Shown: in pieces, positions 53,092 through 64,000 of the stretch
Layout: every line of letters begins with the position of its first letter
How positions within the stretch are numbered: the first letter of the stretch is position 1
From: Bispira polyomma
Lineage: Eukaryota
Reading direction: 5' to 3'
Length of the DNA stretch: 64,000 bases
Assembly: GCA_965649765.1 (NCBI GenBank)
Contig: OZ287752.1
Location: forward strand, 51,088,001-51,152,000
Program-made: the position numbers and the translations under genes
The notes under the pieces: model-generated
Seen by the model: the letters and a program-made list of their open reading frames with translations, nothing else
Database searches by the model: none
What the model was told of the DNA's origin: nothing

Positions 53092-56000
53092 TCACATGGA
53101 TAACATGATGGTGACAAATTCTGAAAAACAAATATAAAACATGACTAGAATAGAAATAAACAATAAAATAATCAAAGCAATAGTTGTTTTAAATAAATAG
53201 AATGATGGAAACTACTACTGGTGTGGATGTAAGTATATTTGTATTGTATTGTATAAAGGATCATTTGTAACACGCCTTATTGTTGTGAGGCATCTTCTAA
53301 AGCTCAAAAACAAAATCAAAAATCTATTTGTCTGAATCACTTGTTACATATTTTTACTATGGCTTAGTATGTCACAGTGAAAACAATGACAAACGGGAAA
53401 TATGTTTTCAGCCCACCCTGGGACATTTTTTTTTTTTTTTTTTAAATTTGGATATTTAACATCCACTCTAGTACCTGTTTAGGTTATATTGGGACGGGTA
53501 GTTGGAAACACTGGAGGAAACACTGCATACAGTTGATCAAGGTTCTGCACTGAAACCAGCGGCCCACAGTAAGGAACTACCACCTTTCCCACATAGGCAT
53601 CGACGGGATTCAAACTCACGCCGCCCAGAGGTGAGAGACCAGTGATTGTGAAGCGCAATGCTTGCTAACCACTAGGCCACCGCGGCCCCCCCCAGCCTGG
53701 GACAAACAGGTACCGGAAGATACATAGTGGGTCGGATAACCACTTAAAAGAGTCCTATCCTTAAATGGTCATCCTCAACTCCCTGTCTTAAGCTAGGGGA
53801 TGATAATTACTGGTGCTGTTTGGCTGTATATGTGCAGTTCACAAAATGTTTAATTACAGCTTTGAATATCAGATGAAAGTATATAAATATGAATAAATAT
53901 AAATTTGAATACAATGCAATGTTATACTGAAAAGTATGTCAAGTACATTATATATTTACTGGCTTACTGGCCTTTAATACATACAATAAAGAGGGCTTGC
54001 ATCTATAAAGACTAAACCATTTTAATTTTGATTTATTCACTTAACGACCATCATACAAATTATGAAATAATTACACATAAGATATATTTCACTGAAAACA
54101 AGATTAATCTTTGTAAAGTTTAATAAGTAATATCTGTAACAACAACATCAATTATTGACCACTAAAATTTAAAGAACATAATTAACTTGATTTCAGCAGA
54201 AGATCTATTTAAGCCATATGACAATGAGTATAAGCATTACTAACTCAGTGCCTTGTATGTGAACATCATGGTACTTTAGCTAAAAGTAAAGTCACAGCTC
54301 CCAAAACTAATTAGTGTAGATATACTGATCTTAATACACAGCCAATTGCCATAATCAGTAGGCAATAGTGTGGTCACATCTTGGTCAGGAATATTATTTC
54401 TCCAAATGGCTAATATGGTGTTACCTGGAATCGAAGCAGAGACCTTCTAATCACCAAACCAACTAAGTAACTACTACACCACAGGAGACCACCAAATCAA
54501 TGCATCTCATTAAGTCACGGTCCATCCAGTACGTCACCAATACTCACCTTCATAATTGATCACCCCAGTTCCCTCTGAATCTGCATCTTTGATCATTTCA
54601 TCTACCTCCTCAGTATTTAGCATTTCCCCCTGTGACATCATTATTTGACGAAGATCTTGTGCCTTAATGGTCCCATGTCCTTCTTTGTCAAAGACTAAAT
54701 AAAAGGTGCATCTCACATAATACTCAATAGATAAATTTTTATTTGTGTATAAAGCAAAAGAATAGTTTAAGTTTGAGAATACAAATTTAAATAATAATCC
54801 CATTTAAGTGAACTGCAAAAAAACCCCTAAGGCATTGGATATTATGCTCAGTTAAATATGTCGTGATGCAACAAAATTGTGGGTATTTACATAACCTATG
54901 TAAATATTTAAAAGTAAATATGTGTAATCAGTGATTTGGCCACTGATTATGGGTGTTAGTAATCACAGAAATATTTAAAAAATATAAGTAATCACCGAAA
55001 TTTCAGTGTCAAAATTGCACAATTTTAGTTCAATGTAGAGTCAGTGTCAATTGCAAAATAATGACTGAAAAAGGTTTTAACAGTTATATGAAGAAGCTTT
55101 TATGGTGGATTGTGTGGTTTAGGTTAAGCTTGGTTATATAGACTTGTAAAATACATATTCTGTAAACATAGTAAACAAATTACAAAATCCTCTTACATCT
55201 AAATGCCTGTCTGATTTGATCTTCTTGGTCACTGCCTTTTAATTTACTACGTGCCACAATCACAAATTTCTCGAAGTCAAGTCCACCGTCATCTGAAAAT
55301 ACAAACACAGCTTAGCCATGGTTATGTGCATTTGTTTTAAAGCCCTAATAATGTTCCAGATAAAATACTGCATAAGTGAAAATTGTCACTTGGAATTAAT
55401 TTTAGCTATTTTAGTAAATGAGTTAGGATAGTGAAAATAGATTCCAGTGCAAACTTTGAAACTGGTATTTGATAGTTTAACTAAAAATAGTCAATGCTGT
55501 AAATCACTTTAATATTTGAATATTGTGGATTAGTAAAAAAAAAAGCTTACAGCTAAAATTGCCACTTCTACAGTAATTTACAAGTAATCTATCTTGGGCA
55601 TGATAAAATAGTTCAATATACATGAGAAAGCCATTTACAATAAAGTTTTAAAAAAAATTTGTAAATTAGATAGCACCGCCAAGCCGCTTCAGTGTCAGAA
55701 ATTGATCAAACATTACGGGATCTACCCCTGTACCAAGATCTCACCAATGATTGATTGGTGCATACTCTATCCCTCTATCAAAATTAAAATAAATCAGTTG
55801 AGTAGTCCTATGGAGTAATCTTGGTGAAAAACAAACAAAGCAAACAACAAGCACCGGTAACAACATAACAATAATACTCAATGTTTTAATATCTTGGCCC
55901 ACTAATATTTTTCGTTTCATTCGAGCTAGCTTTATGCCTAATAAAATTTCTTGGCCCAATGAAATTGTTCGTTTCATTTGAGCTAGCTTTATGCCTAATA

Positions 56001-57731
56001 ACATTTCTTGTTTTAGTCTATACATTTTTTTTTTGTTAATTATTATTTATATTTGTTTAGACCCAACTAACCATCAGTCTCTGTACTGTCTACAATAGTC
56101 TTTAGCTCAGCCTCAGTTGGACAGATACCTAGTGCCCTCAAGGCTGAGCCCAGGTCCTGAATGTCCATAACACCTCCCTTCTCATAGGTGTTGAAAACTT
56201 CTTTGAAATCTACAAAACAAATATATGTAATATTTCTGCAGTGCCTACATATTCTTAGCTGCTATATTATATAATAAGCACTGGGACATTATTTGTTAGA
56301 TTAGATCTCATTTAATAATCTAACAACAAAGAAAGTAAGGCTTGCATTGATCATAACATATAACATAAAACACAATCGTAAGGCACATTAACCCGCATTA
56401 CATTAGTCATAGAGTATAAGATAAAAAAAATACATGGTACATTTAATAGCATTGCATTGATCATATAGTATAAGAATGATGCATATTGAGCAGCAGTGCA
56501 TTGATGATATGGCATGGGATATAAAGGAAATCATAGAATATATTTAATAGCATTGCAATGATCATGTGGTATAAGATAAATATGGTATATTTAACATCAT
56601 TGCATTGATCTTGTGGTATGACATTAAACAATCATAAGGGAAATTTAACAGCATTGCATCGATCATATGGTTTGAGGTAAGAAAAAATCATAGAATATCA
56701 GTAATACCATTGTATTGATAATATGGTATAAGATAAGAACAACCATATGATATATTGTTAAGGATAAGTGTAAGAACAATATTCTAAGAGTGTATTGTGG
56801 CTAAATATTTATTTGGCATCTGTTTAGAAACCAAACCCATTTACTTGTGGCTTGTGGGGTGAAATTGTTTTCTACCTTTTTCCATATTGTTATGTAAACA
56901 GTCGTTTCTCAGCATTCCATAAAATGCACTAATCTTAACAGAGATAAAAATGGACAGTTTTGTTAAGTGCCGATTTCAAATATTTGTAAACCAGTGACAT
57001 ATTTATTTAAAAATCAGAACTTCCAACTGTCACAAACAAACAATATCTAACCGACTATATTCTATGATTAGGTTAATATTAGCAACAACGATATAGACGT
57101 GTATGCCGTGTTGACAAAACACTAAATGGTACACATAAATAGTCTATTTACCTGCCACTTGGTCATCATCTATTGAGAGTTCCTAAAATTACAGAAAAGT
57201 TGATTAGTACACCCCCTTATCCATACTATTACGCGGACAGTTGAGGTTTCCAAGGGCAGACCAAAGGAATTCTTAATATATAGATTTCATAGAATTCTAA
57301 ACAAATGTAAAGCTCGAACACGCTTTAATGAAGGGCAACACACAATGTTAAACAGTTTTGTTTTGTCAGTGAAAAACTATATAAGCCAGTAATATGAAAT
57401 GAACTGAATGTACAGATTACTTTTAACGGGGTTAATCTCATTGCAGAATATAACGACCATTAGAAGTCTCATCTAGTATATTATAGTTTTCTACATTTAA
57501 TATTGTACATTTATATACCATAGTGACACACATATCACCAATGGAACACAAAGTGCCTTATAAGCCCAGATCGTATGGACTGGTTGCAATGTCAAGCTTA
57601 AATTTTTAGTATCATTTACTGTGTGAAGTAGTTATATAACATTTTAACACTGTTTTTATTACTGTAATGTTCTGTTGTCATTTGTTCAGGTGACACTTAA
57701 ATAGAATATATTATCTCTTTCTTTCTCTCTG

Positions 57732-57769
<38 letters not shown>

Positions 57770-59657
57770 CATGGGTGGCATTAAGTCTTCTTACAGCATT
57801 TGCATATTGACATATTTTCTAAGCAGACATATTTTAAGCAGTTGAACAGTAGCCTTAATCCTGGCAAAAAAATATGACAAGGCTTCTTCATCCCAAATAA
57901 AATGTTTACATATTTTGATATATTTTCCAGTTGGATGGGACTTGCTTGACACATAAAACACCAAAAAGACTCGGTAAATCTATCTCTTTGTTTAATAATT
58001 TTGAATTTTTTTAAAAAAATATTTATATGTCACTGTAATGAATCAAATAGAACCATTTTTATAATGTTTCTTTGTGGAGTTTTCATATTAAGTTTAACTT
58101 TGTTTTAGTCAATTGAAATAAAATAATGAGTTTACATAAAGATCTTAACAAGTATAATCTTATCTTGTATATAAGGGAACTTAATTTCCAAGTAAGCTAG
58201 AACACATCCTTACACCATTTAATGTATTCAGCGATATAAAATACAGGTGGCCAATAAATGTTGACAACCGGAAATAATGACTACATCTTTTTTATGAACT
58301 GTACTCAAATAGTCCATCCTAACTTTGAGACTTAACTAAATGTGTAGAGATTACATATATAAAAGTTGCAAGTACAGATAAGGGGACTGATTATTAAACA
58401 TAATTATAGATTTAAGAGCAGTTATCTTTAACATTACCATTTTTACTAATATATTACTACAAATACAAGAGGAATGTGTTTTCGGCCTTATTTGTGAGTT
58501 GAGACTAAGGTATTAAATATGTCAAAAAAGACAGTTCCCATTCTAAAGGGTTATTGATAACTTATACACAAAGGTATCCTTTACTAGGTAGTATTATATA
58601 TACACTGATTGATTCATACTATGTCGCTTTTAACAATACCATGTACTCTTAACGTTCCACTTAATGAAAAAAAATTTTCTTCAATAAATGAAAAAAGTCC
58701 CAAACTAAACAAATCACGAATGTATTTCTTTGATGACTTCACTACTTTGTGTTATCATACTGGTAAAACTTAAATGGTTTATTGTCATGTATCTTATCTA
58801 TAGCTAGTGTCATTCTGGCAGATTTATTGTGAAGTAAGTCATAAAATAATTGGGGTTTAATTTGATGTAGTTCTTTTTAGCCTCTGGCTCATACGTGGCT
58901 ATTTAGTGTATCTATAATAGATAACATCAATAGCCCATACCTCCAACAGATTAAAACTAGTCAAAGCTTTAAAGAAGAGAACTTATTAGAAGTCCAGTTT
59001 ATATGTGAATTACATCTTTAAGGAGGGACAGGAAATAAAGCTAGCATAGGAAAAGTAGGCCAAAATTCATAAATTATTGTCAAGTAATATCACACTGTTG
59101 ATACAAAATTAGTTTAACTTTATTTTACAACGAATAGTTTTATTTATACGTATGTTTCTTTAACGTTTAACAAAGTTTCTTATTTATATTTTATTTTAGA
59201 AATTTAATTAAAAATTGTTCACTGAAAAGATTTATGCATATTTAAGATATACTAAAATAAGCATACAATATGTTACAGGCTTTGAGTTCTGAAAAATAAG
59301 CTACTATGTCATTAATCAACAAGAACTGTCATACAAATAAAACAAATAATTTAAGTTAAACTTCAAAGCATAGTTCATAAGCTTATTTTTACACCTTGGT
59401 TACCATGGGACAAACCATAGAATGAATGAAATTGCTTTATTCCAATTCCACAAAAAAATGATAAAAAAACTTAATAAGTACATAAAAACACATATTTGTT
59501 ATCATTCTTACAATTTTAAAATTATAGGACATGATAATTATCATTGCAGTTTTATTATCACTGTAAAATAAAACCTAATTACCCTTTGGGAAGAACATAT
59601 CTGATCACTAATAAAAAGCCAATTATAGGCAAATACTGGACATGCAACACTTACCAT
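53092..59657 (-). CDS. Divergent calmodulin-like / light-chain-like EF-hand protein G4 (147 aa, 6 coding exons)
   Basis: Exons 59657-59655 (ATG|gtaagt), 57182-57152, 56209-56072, 55292-55197, 54694-54548, 53120-53092. Translation: MELSIDDDQVADFKEVFNTYEKGGVMDIQDLGSALRALGICPTEAELKTIVDSTETDDDGGLDFEKFVIVARSKLKGSDQEDQIRQAFRFFDKEGHGTIKAQDLRQIMMSQGEMLNTEEVDEMIKDADSEGTGVINYEEFVTIMLSM*. Confidence 0.92.
53455..53690 (-). mobile_element. tRNA-derived SINE (family B), well preserved
   Basis: Minus strand ggggccgcggtggcctagtggttagc (A box) ... gagtttgaatccc (B box), followed by the ggtttcagtgcagaaccttgatcaact...gtttcctccagt body. Confidence 0.75.
56335..56745. repeat. Degenerate ~50-bp tandem repeat in G4 intron 2
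   Basis: Recurring gcattgcattgatcatatggtataagataa. Confidence 0.65.
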
Positions 59658-59743
59658 TTTCAATATGTTTGAGTATCCTTATTTATTGTTAAAATGTAAA
59701 TACTTCACACACTTGTCAATGTATGCTCTATCCTAGACCTTTA

Positions 59744-59749
59744 TTTATA
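59744..59749 (-). promoter_or_regulatory. Candidate TATA box of G4
   Basis: TATAAA(TAA) on the minus strand ~90 bp upstream of the ATG|GT exon. Confidence 0.4.
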
Positions 59750-61254
59750 AAAACTTCGTTCTCGCTGTTAGAACTTGTTTTAAAACAACCCCCCCCCCAA
59801 ACCAAAGCTTTCCTTTGGCAATAACAAATCACTTTCCTGTCCACCTTTATTCCATGTTTTCCGTGTAGTTAGGTTAGGGTGACTGGCACACACGCTAATG
59901 GTCTGTCGTACTGCTTGTCATACACCACTGACAAAAAGGATTAATCAGGCATTAGATTACAAACAGAGATTCTTGTACCAAATTCCAGGACACACACATA
60001 CATACACAAAAGATGTCTTTCTCACCAGAGCCTGGTCTAAGGCGTAAGTAGCTGAAAAGTAAATGTAAATGTGTGTAGGTTTATAATCTGTTATCACCAC
60101 TATCAAGGTTATCCAATTTTACAATTTACACCCTCCAGCTTGGGTTCTTCCACTTGTCAACCAATTGTTCAGTCTCACATCTCCCAGGAGGTGTAGTAGA
60201 CATTCTCCCACATATGGCGACGTACAAAGACTAACGCCCATCAGCGGCCAGGTACCAAAAAAGCTAATTAAGGAATCAAGTATCAGGTGAATACCCATTA
60301 CAGTACACATTACTTGTATCCAGATCTGTACCAATGGTTTTCTCCTTAGCCTTTGCTGTAGCCTTTTACAAAGGTTGGACAAAATCGTTTTTGTATCATC
60401 CTGCTTTAATAGTTTTGGCCAGGAACAAACAAACCAGTAAAGATACCAAGAAGCACCAACAGGCTTTGGGACTTGGGACTTCACTGTGACAGAACAACCT
60501 CAGGCGTTGGGAATCTAGCTTAAGAGACATTAACAATGCCTGGTTTTTTGGAAAGGTGTAATTTTTCCCTTTTAGTTGTAGTGTCAACTTTGTCGTATAG
60601 TTGCTTGTAAAAGTAATGTTTACTTGCTGTTTTATCTGTTAAACCCACCGAGAGGTTGATCTAGAGCTTACCTAATCACTGCCCCTTTCCTATGAAATTG
60701 TCTACCAGTTGATATATTTAAATGTTTAATATAGAATAGATGTATCAATATATTACATCTTTCCTACATTTCCACCTATTCAATGTCCTTTCAAAGTCAA
60801 TGCTGTTTTAGTATTTTGCTAACGATACTAATGGCGGAACAACTTAAGAATGTCATATTTCATTCTGATCAAGTGACAGAGAATAGTGACTATCCATGTA
60901 TATATGCATGTCCTATATAGATACAAAGTCTAAGCATTAATGTATCAATTAGACATCCAATGTTGTAATAAATTTACATTGTGGTATGGCCAAGAAAAAT
61001 ACTTTACAGCCAAGTACCATTTTTTCCAAACCATGTACGAGATGCAATGGCGATTTGTTTCCTTCTTATGTTATATAGAACTGTCTCCACACACACAAAC
61101 CCACCGGACTGTTTGTGATTGCGAAAAAGGTTTTTGCTCCTGGTGCAGAAATTTTCTCATTAGATAGAAAAATTGCAGAGAAGTGGTGTCATAAACAATA
61201 TTAAATTAATTAAATGTCATGTAATTCCTGTACTAAATCACACTGTAATTGTAA

Positions 61255-61830
61255 TTAGACTTTTATAGCGCTTAATCTCCCCTTAACGAAAGGGACTCTT
61301 AGGCACAACAGCACAAAAGACAGTAATCCAATTTCCAATATCAAGGGACAGAAAAGGGTCGAGCACCACAGAGGGCGCCGGGGGATGATTGAGATTAAGG
61401 TAGTTATGCTTTGGTGTACAAGTGGGTTTTAAGCTGCTTTCTAAAACAGGCTAGTGAGGTCGAAGCACAAATCACACCAGGAACAGCATTCCAAACAATG
61501 GGTTTATCAAAAGCAAAGCTGTGACCAAACTGTTTAACTGAATTTTGAGTAGACAGGTGGAACTTTGGAACTACAAGGAAATTACTACCACTCTGACTGT
61601 GTCTGGTATTATAGGAACTACTGAAAGAGGAAAGATATGGGGCAAAAACAAGTGTAGCTGTTTTAAAAACTGAACGCTGTTCAACAGAGTGCCAATGCAA
61701 TTTCTTAAGAACAGGAGTTATACTGGTGTATCGACTGGTGTTTGACACAATTCTAGCTGCACTATTTTGAATGCATTGTAATTTACATAAATTAAACTTT
61801 GAGAGACTCCTGAAAAGTGAATTGCAGTCT
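61255..61830 (-). mobile_element. LINE (CR1/L2-group) 3' fragment
   Basis: KLQCIQNSAARIV...SITPVLKKLHW...AFD..IVWNAVP...FRKQLKTHLY, followed by a 3' tail. Confidence 0.8.
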
Positions 61831-63184
61831 ACTACTGACAAAAGCATTGGCCACAAGTATAGAAGCATCATAAGTGAGAATATGATGTATAGACACAAAC
61901 CACAAATATGTAACGCAAATGGTATGGTCGTACATCGCCAGATGGTACTTGTGGAGATGTACACTTAGTCTAATATCCTGTATGAACTGATGTTCTACTT
62001 TATTTGTAAAATATAATATTGATTTTTACTACTACTACATACCATTTAGTCAAATAGATATAAAGACCATGTGAACAAATGACTTATACCAGACACCACA
62101 ATATTGAGCGAGGTTAATTAAATACTGGGAAGGATGTGGGGTTTTTCAATTTGTGCCCCTTACTTTTGAAGCTGCAACTTAATATACATTGCATCTGTAT
62201 AGCTTGGGTATACATTAGTGTTCTCACTTTGAAAATAGATTACATTCAAGGCCATGCTACAATCTACATTTGTCTATGTAGATTTGTCACATTAAAAGGT
62301 TAAAACTGAAAAATATTTTAAATATATCCAAAATTGTGTATACCATAGGTGGTGTATAACTGATCCCTAAAACCAACATGTTACTGCCATCCCAATGTCC
62401 CAATAAGATCTTAAAGGTCTAATCTTCTCAAACTTATGCCTCTCCTACCCCTTTTTAAAGTGTTTCTAGTATCTATATACTGCTACCAAAATGTATAACA
62501 TCTTACGACAGATTACATAACATTAGATAAAGCTTGAGTGTTGTTAAAAATATGAACATGTTTTCCTGATAATGTATGTTAAGCATTCAAATACCAATAT
62601 TTCATAATACACAACACATAATAATGTAAGTAAAAGTTGAACGCCTAGACAAGACTACTACAAGCATTAACTTTCAGTTAGGTGACTCTGGTGAAAAGAC
62701 TCGAGTGTAAACATAGCTTTAATGGCTGCACTTGTTGAACAGACTGCTACTCCTATGAAGCAATGTGTTTATACTTGTGGGGGCAAATGTCATAATCATT
62801 CACACAAACATGCTTCAAGAGGGAGAGTTCATGATTATCATTAAACTCTGGGAACTAGATCCATAAAGTGGAAAGAAATAAACTACGAGAAAAACATGAT
62901 ATATGTGCCATAAATGGTTTCATATGTAGGTGCGTAATGTTTCCTTTGTAAATTATGGAACATTCTTCTTCAATAATTGGCGATATTATTTACACAATAG
63001 TAAAACTACCCAAAGTGACACTGTGGCCCAGTCTGGGTTCCATACCACTCTGGAAATATCAAGATTTGGGAGATATTTAGTGGTTCAAGTCACTATTTAT
63101 TAATGGCGCACCTCTGTCACTGGATACTATCTCCAGTGGCAGGCTAAAGAAGCTTGGAATCTTGATAAATAGCCATTCTCAAGT

Positions 63185-63510
63185 CTCTGTCAGTCGTATG
63201 CCATGCTGGTCCACGTTCACGTACAACTCTTTTTTTTTAAAAAAATGATCTGGTTACCGATTGAGTTCTGTATAAAATTTAAAGTAAATGTCGTCATATT
63301 TGAGATTGTCCATGTGCAGAAGCCAGCCTACTTATCATCCAAGTTATATCTCAGATATCTCACCAGGGGAAATCATCTCTCCACCTCTGACTTCTTACCC
63401 ATAAAACTAGCAGACTCAAAAGCGTCTAAATTTGCTGCACTTGATGAATGGTATAGTCTCCCTGCCAGTATTCATGCTGAAACAAGGATTACAAGCTTCC
63501 CTGTCATCTG
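63185..63510 (+). mobile_element. LINE (CR1/L2-group) ORF2 C-terminal fragment
   Basis: WLPIEFCIKFKV...PAYLSSKL...WYSLPASI; related to 40089-40295. Confidence 0.6.
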
Positions 63511-64000
63511 TTTGTTGTGATGATGAAACTTTCATCCTATCGGAATATTCTTTTGGTTATTGCTTACAAAGTGCTAAAGACTGTGTATATGTATACGTCT
63601 ATGTTTTAAAATACCTGATTCTTAGAAAAATATTGTTTTTTTTGTACAATATATAAATATATTAAGACCAGTTAACTGATGTGTCACTTATTCTGTTGTA
63701 CAACAAGCGTGAAACCCTTACCAAACCTATGTCCAGCAAATCATGCTGGAATATCACAAAATTCCATTCCATTTTATACTAAAAGATATGGGCTTTTGTC
63801 ACCTTTGTTTAACCTAACAAAAGTTTCATTCATTGTAACTGTCCTTACCAGAACTAACCTGACCGATTAGTGTAATAATAGAGCTTTTAATGTTGAACTC
63901 AAATATGCAGTCACATTAAAAGGATGTTTGTTGCTCTTGTCCGGGACAATGATGAAACAAATAACTCCCCCATGTAAGGATCTAACAAGTATTGTGACAG

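Noticed and set aside
53620-53690. tRNA gene
   Set aside because: The A/B boxes run into a multi-copy SINE body and no complete cloverleaf is evident.
60119-60587. ORFs of 121 and 63 aa upstream of G4
   Set aside because: No recognisable motif or supported splice structure; possibly a decayed repeat but not assignable.

Overview
AT-rich, intron-containing animal genomic DNA (the repeat families resemble those of molluscs or other lophotrochozoans; this is an inference). The window holds a tandem cluster of four divergent calmodulin-like (four EF-hand) genes arranged >G1 >G2 <G3 <G4. All were rebuilt by hand from GT-AG junctions into stop-free proteins of 146-154 aa sharing one exon architecture. 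Each paralogue has a different pattern of intact and degenerate Ca2+ loops: G1 C-lobe only; G2 EF1/2/4; G3 all four; G4 probably none or EF4 only. Intron 2 of G3 carries a full-length but mutated tyrosine-recombinase (DIRS-order, Ngaro/PAT-type) retrotransposon with split direct repeats A1...B1-A2...B2. Between G3 and G4 lie a gag-only relic and a 5'-truncated RT/RNaseH/YR relic bracketed by an exact 60-bp direct repeat, in permuted order. The rest is MITEs, tRNA-SINEs, LINE fragments and tandem repeats, including a ~1-kb 25-bp minisatellite between the convergent G2 and G3. Several splice donors of G2 are themselves tandemly duplicated, which could create in-frame alternative isoforms.
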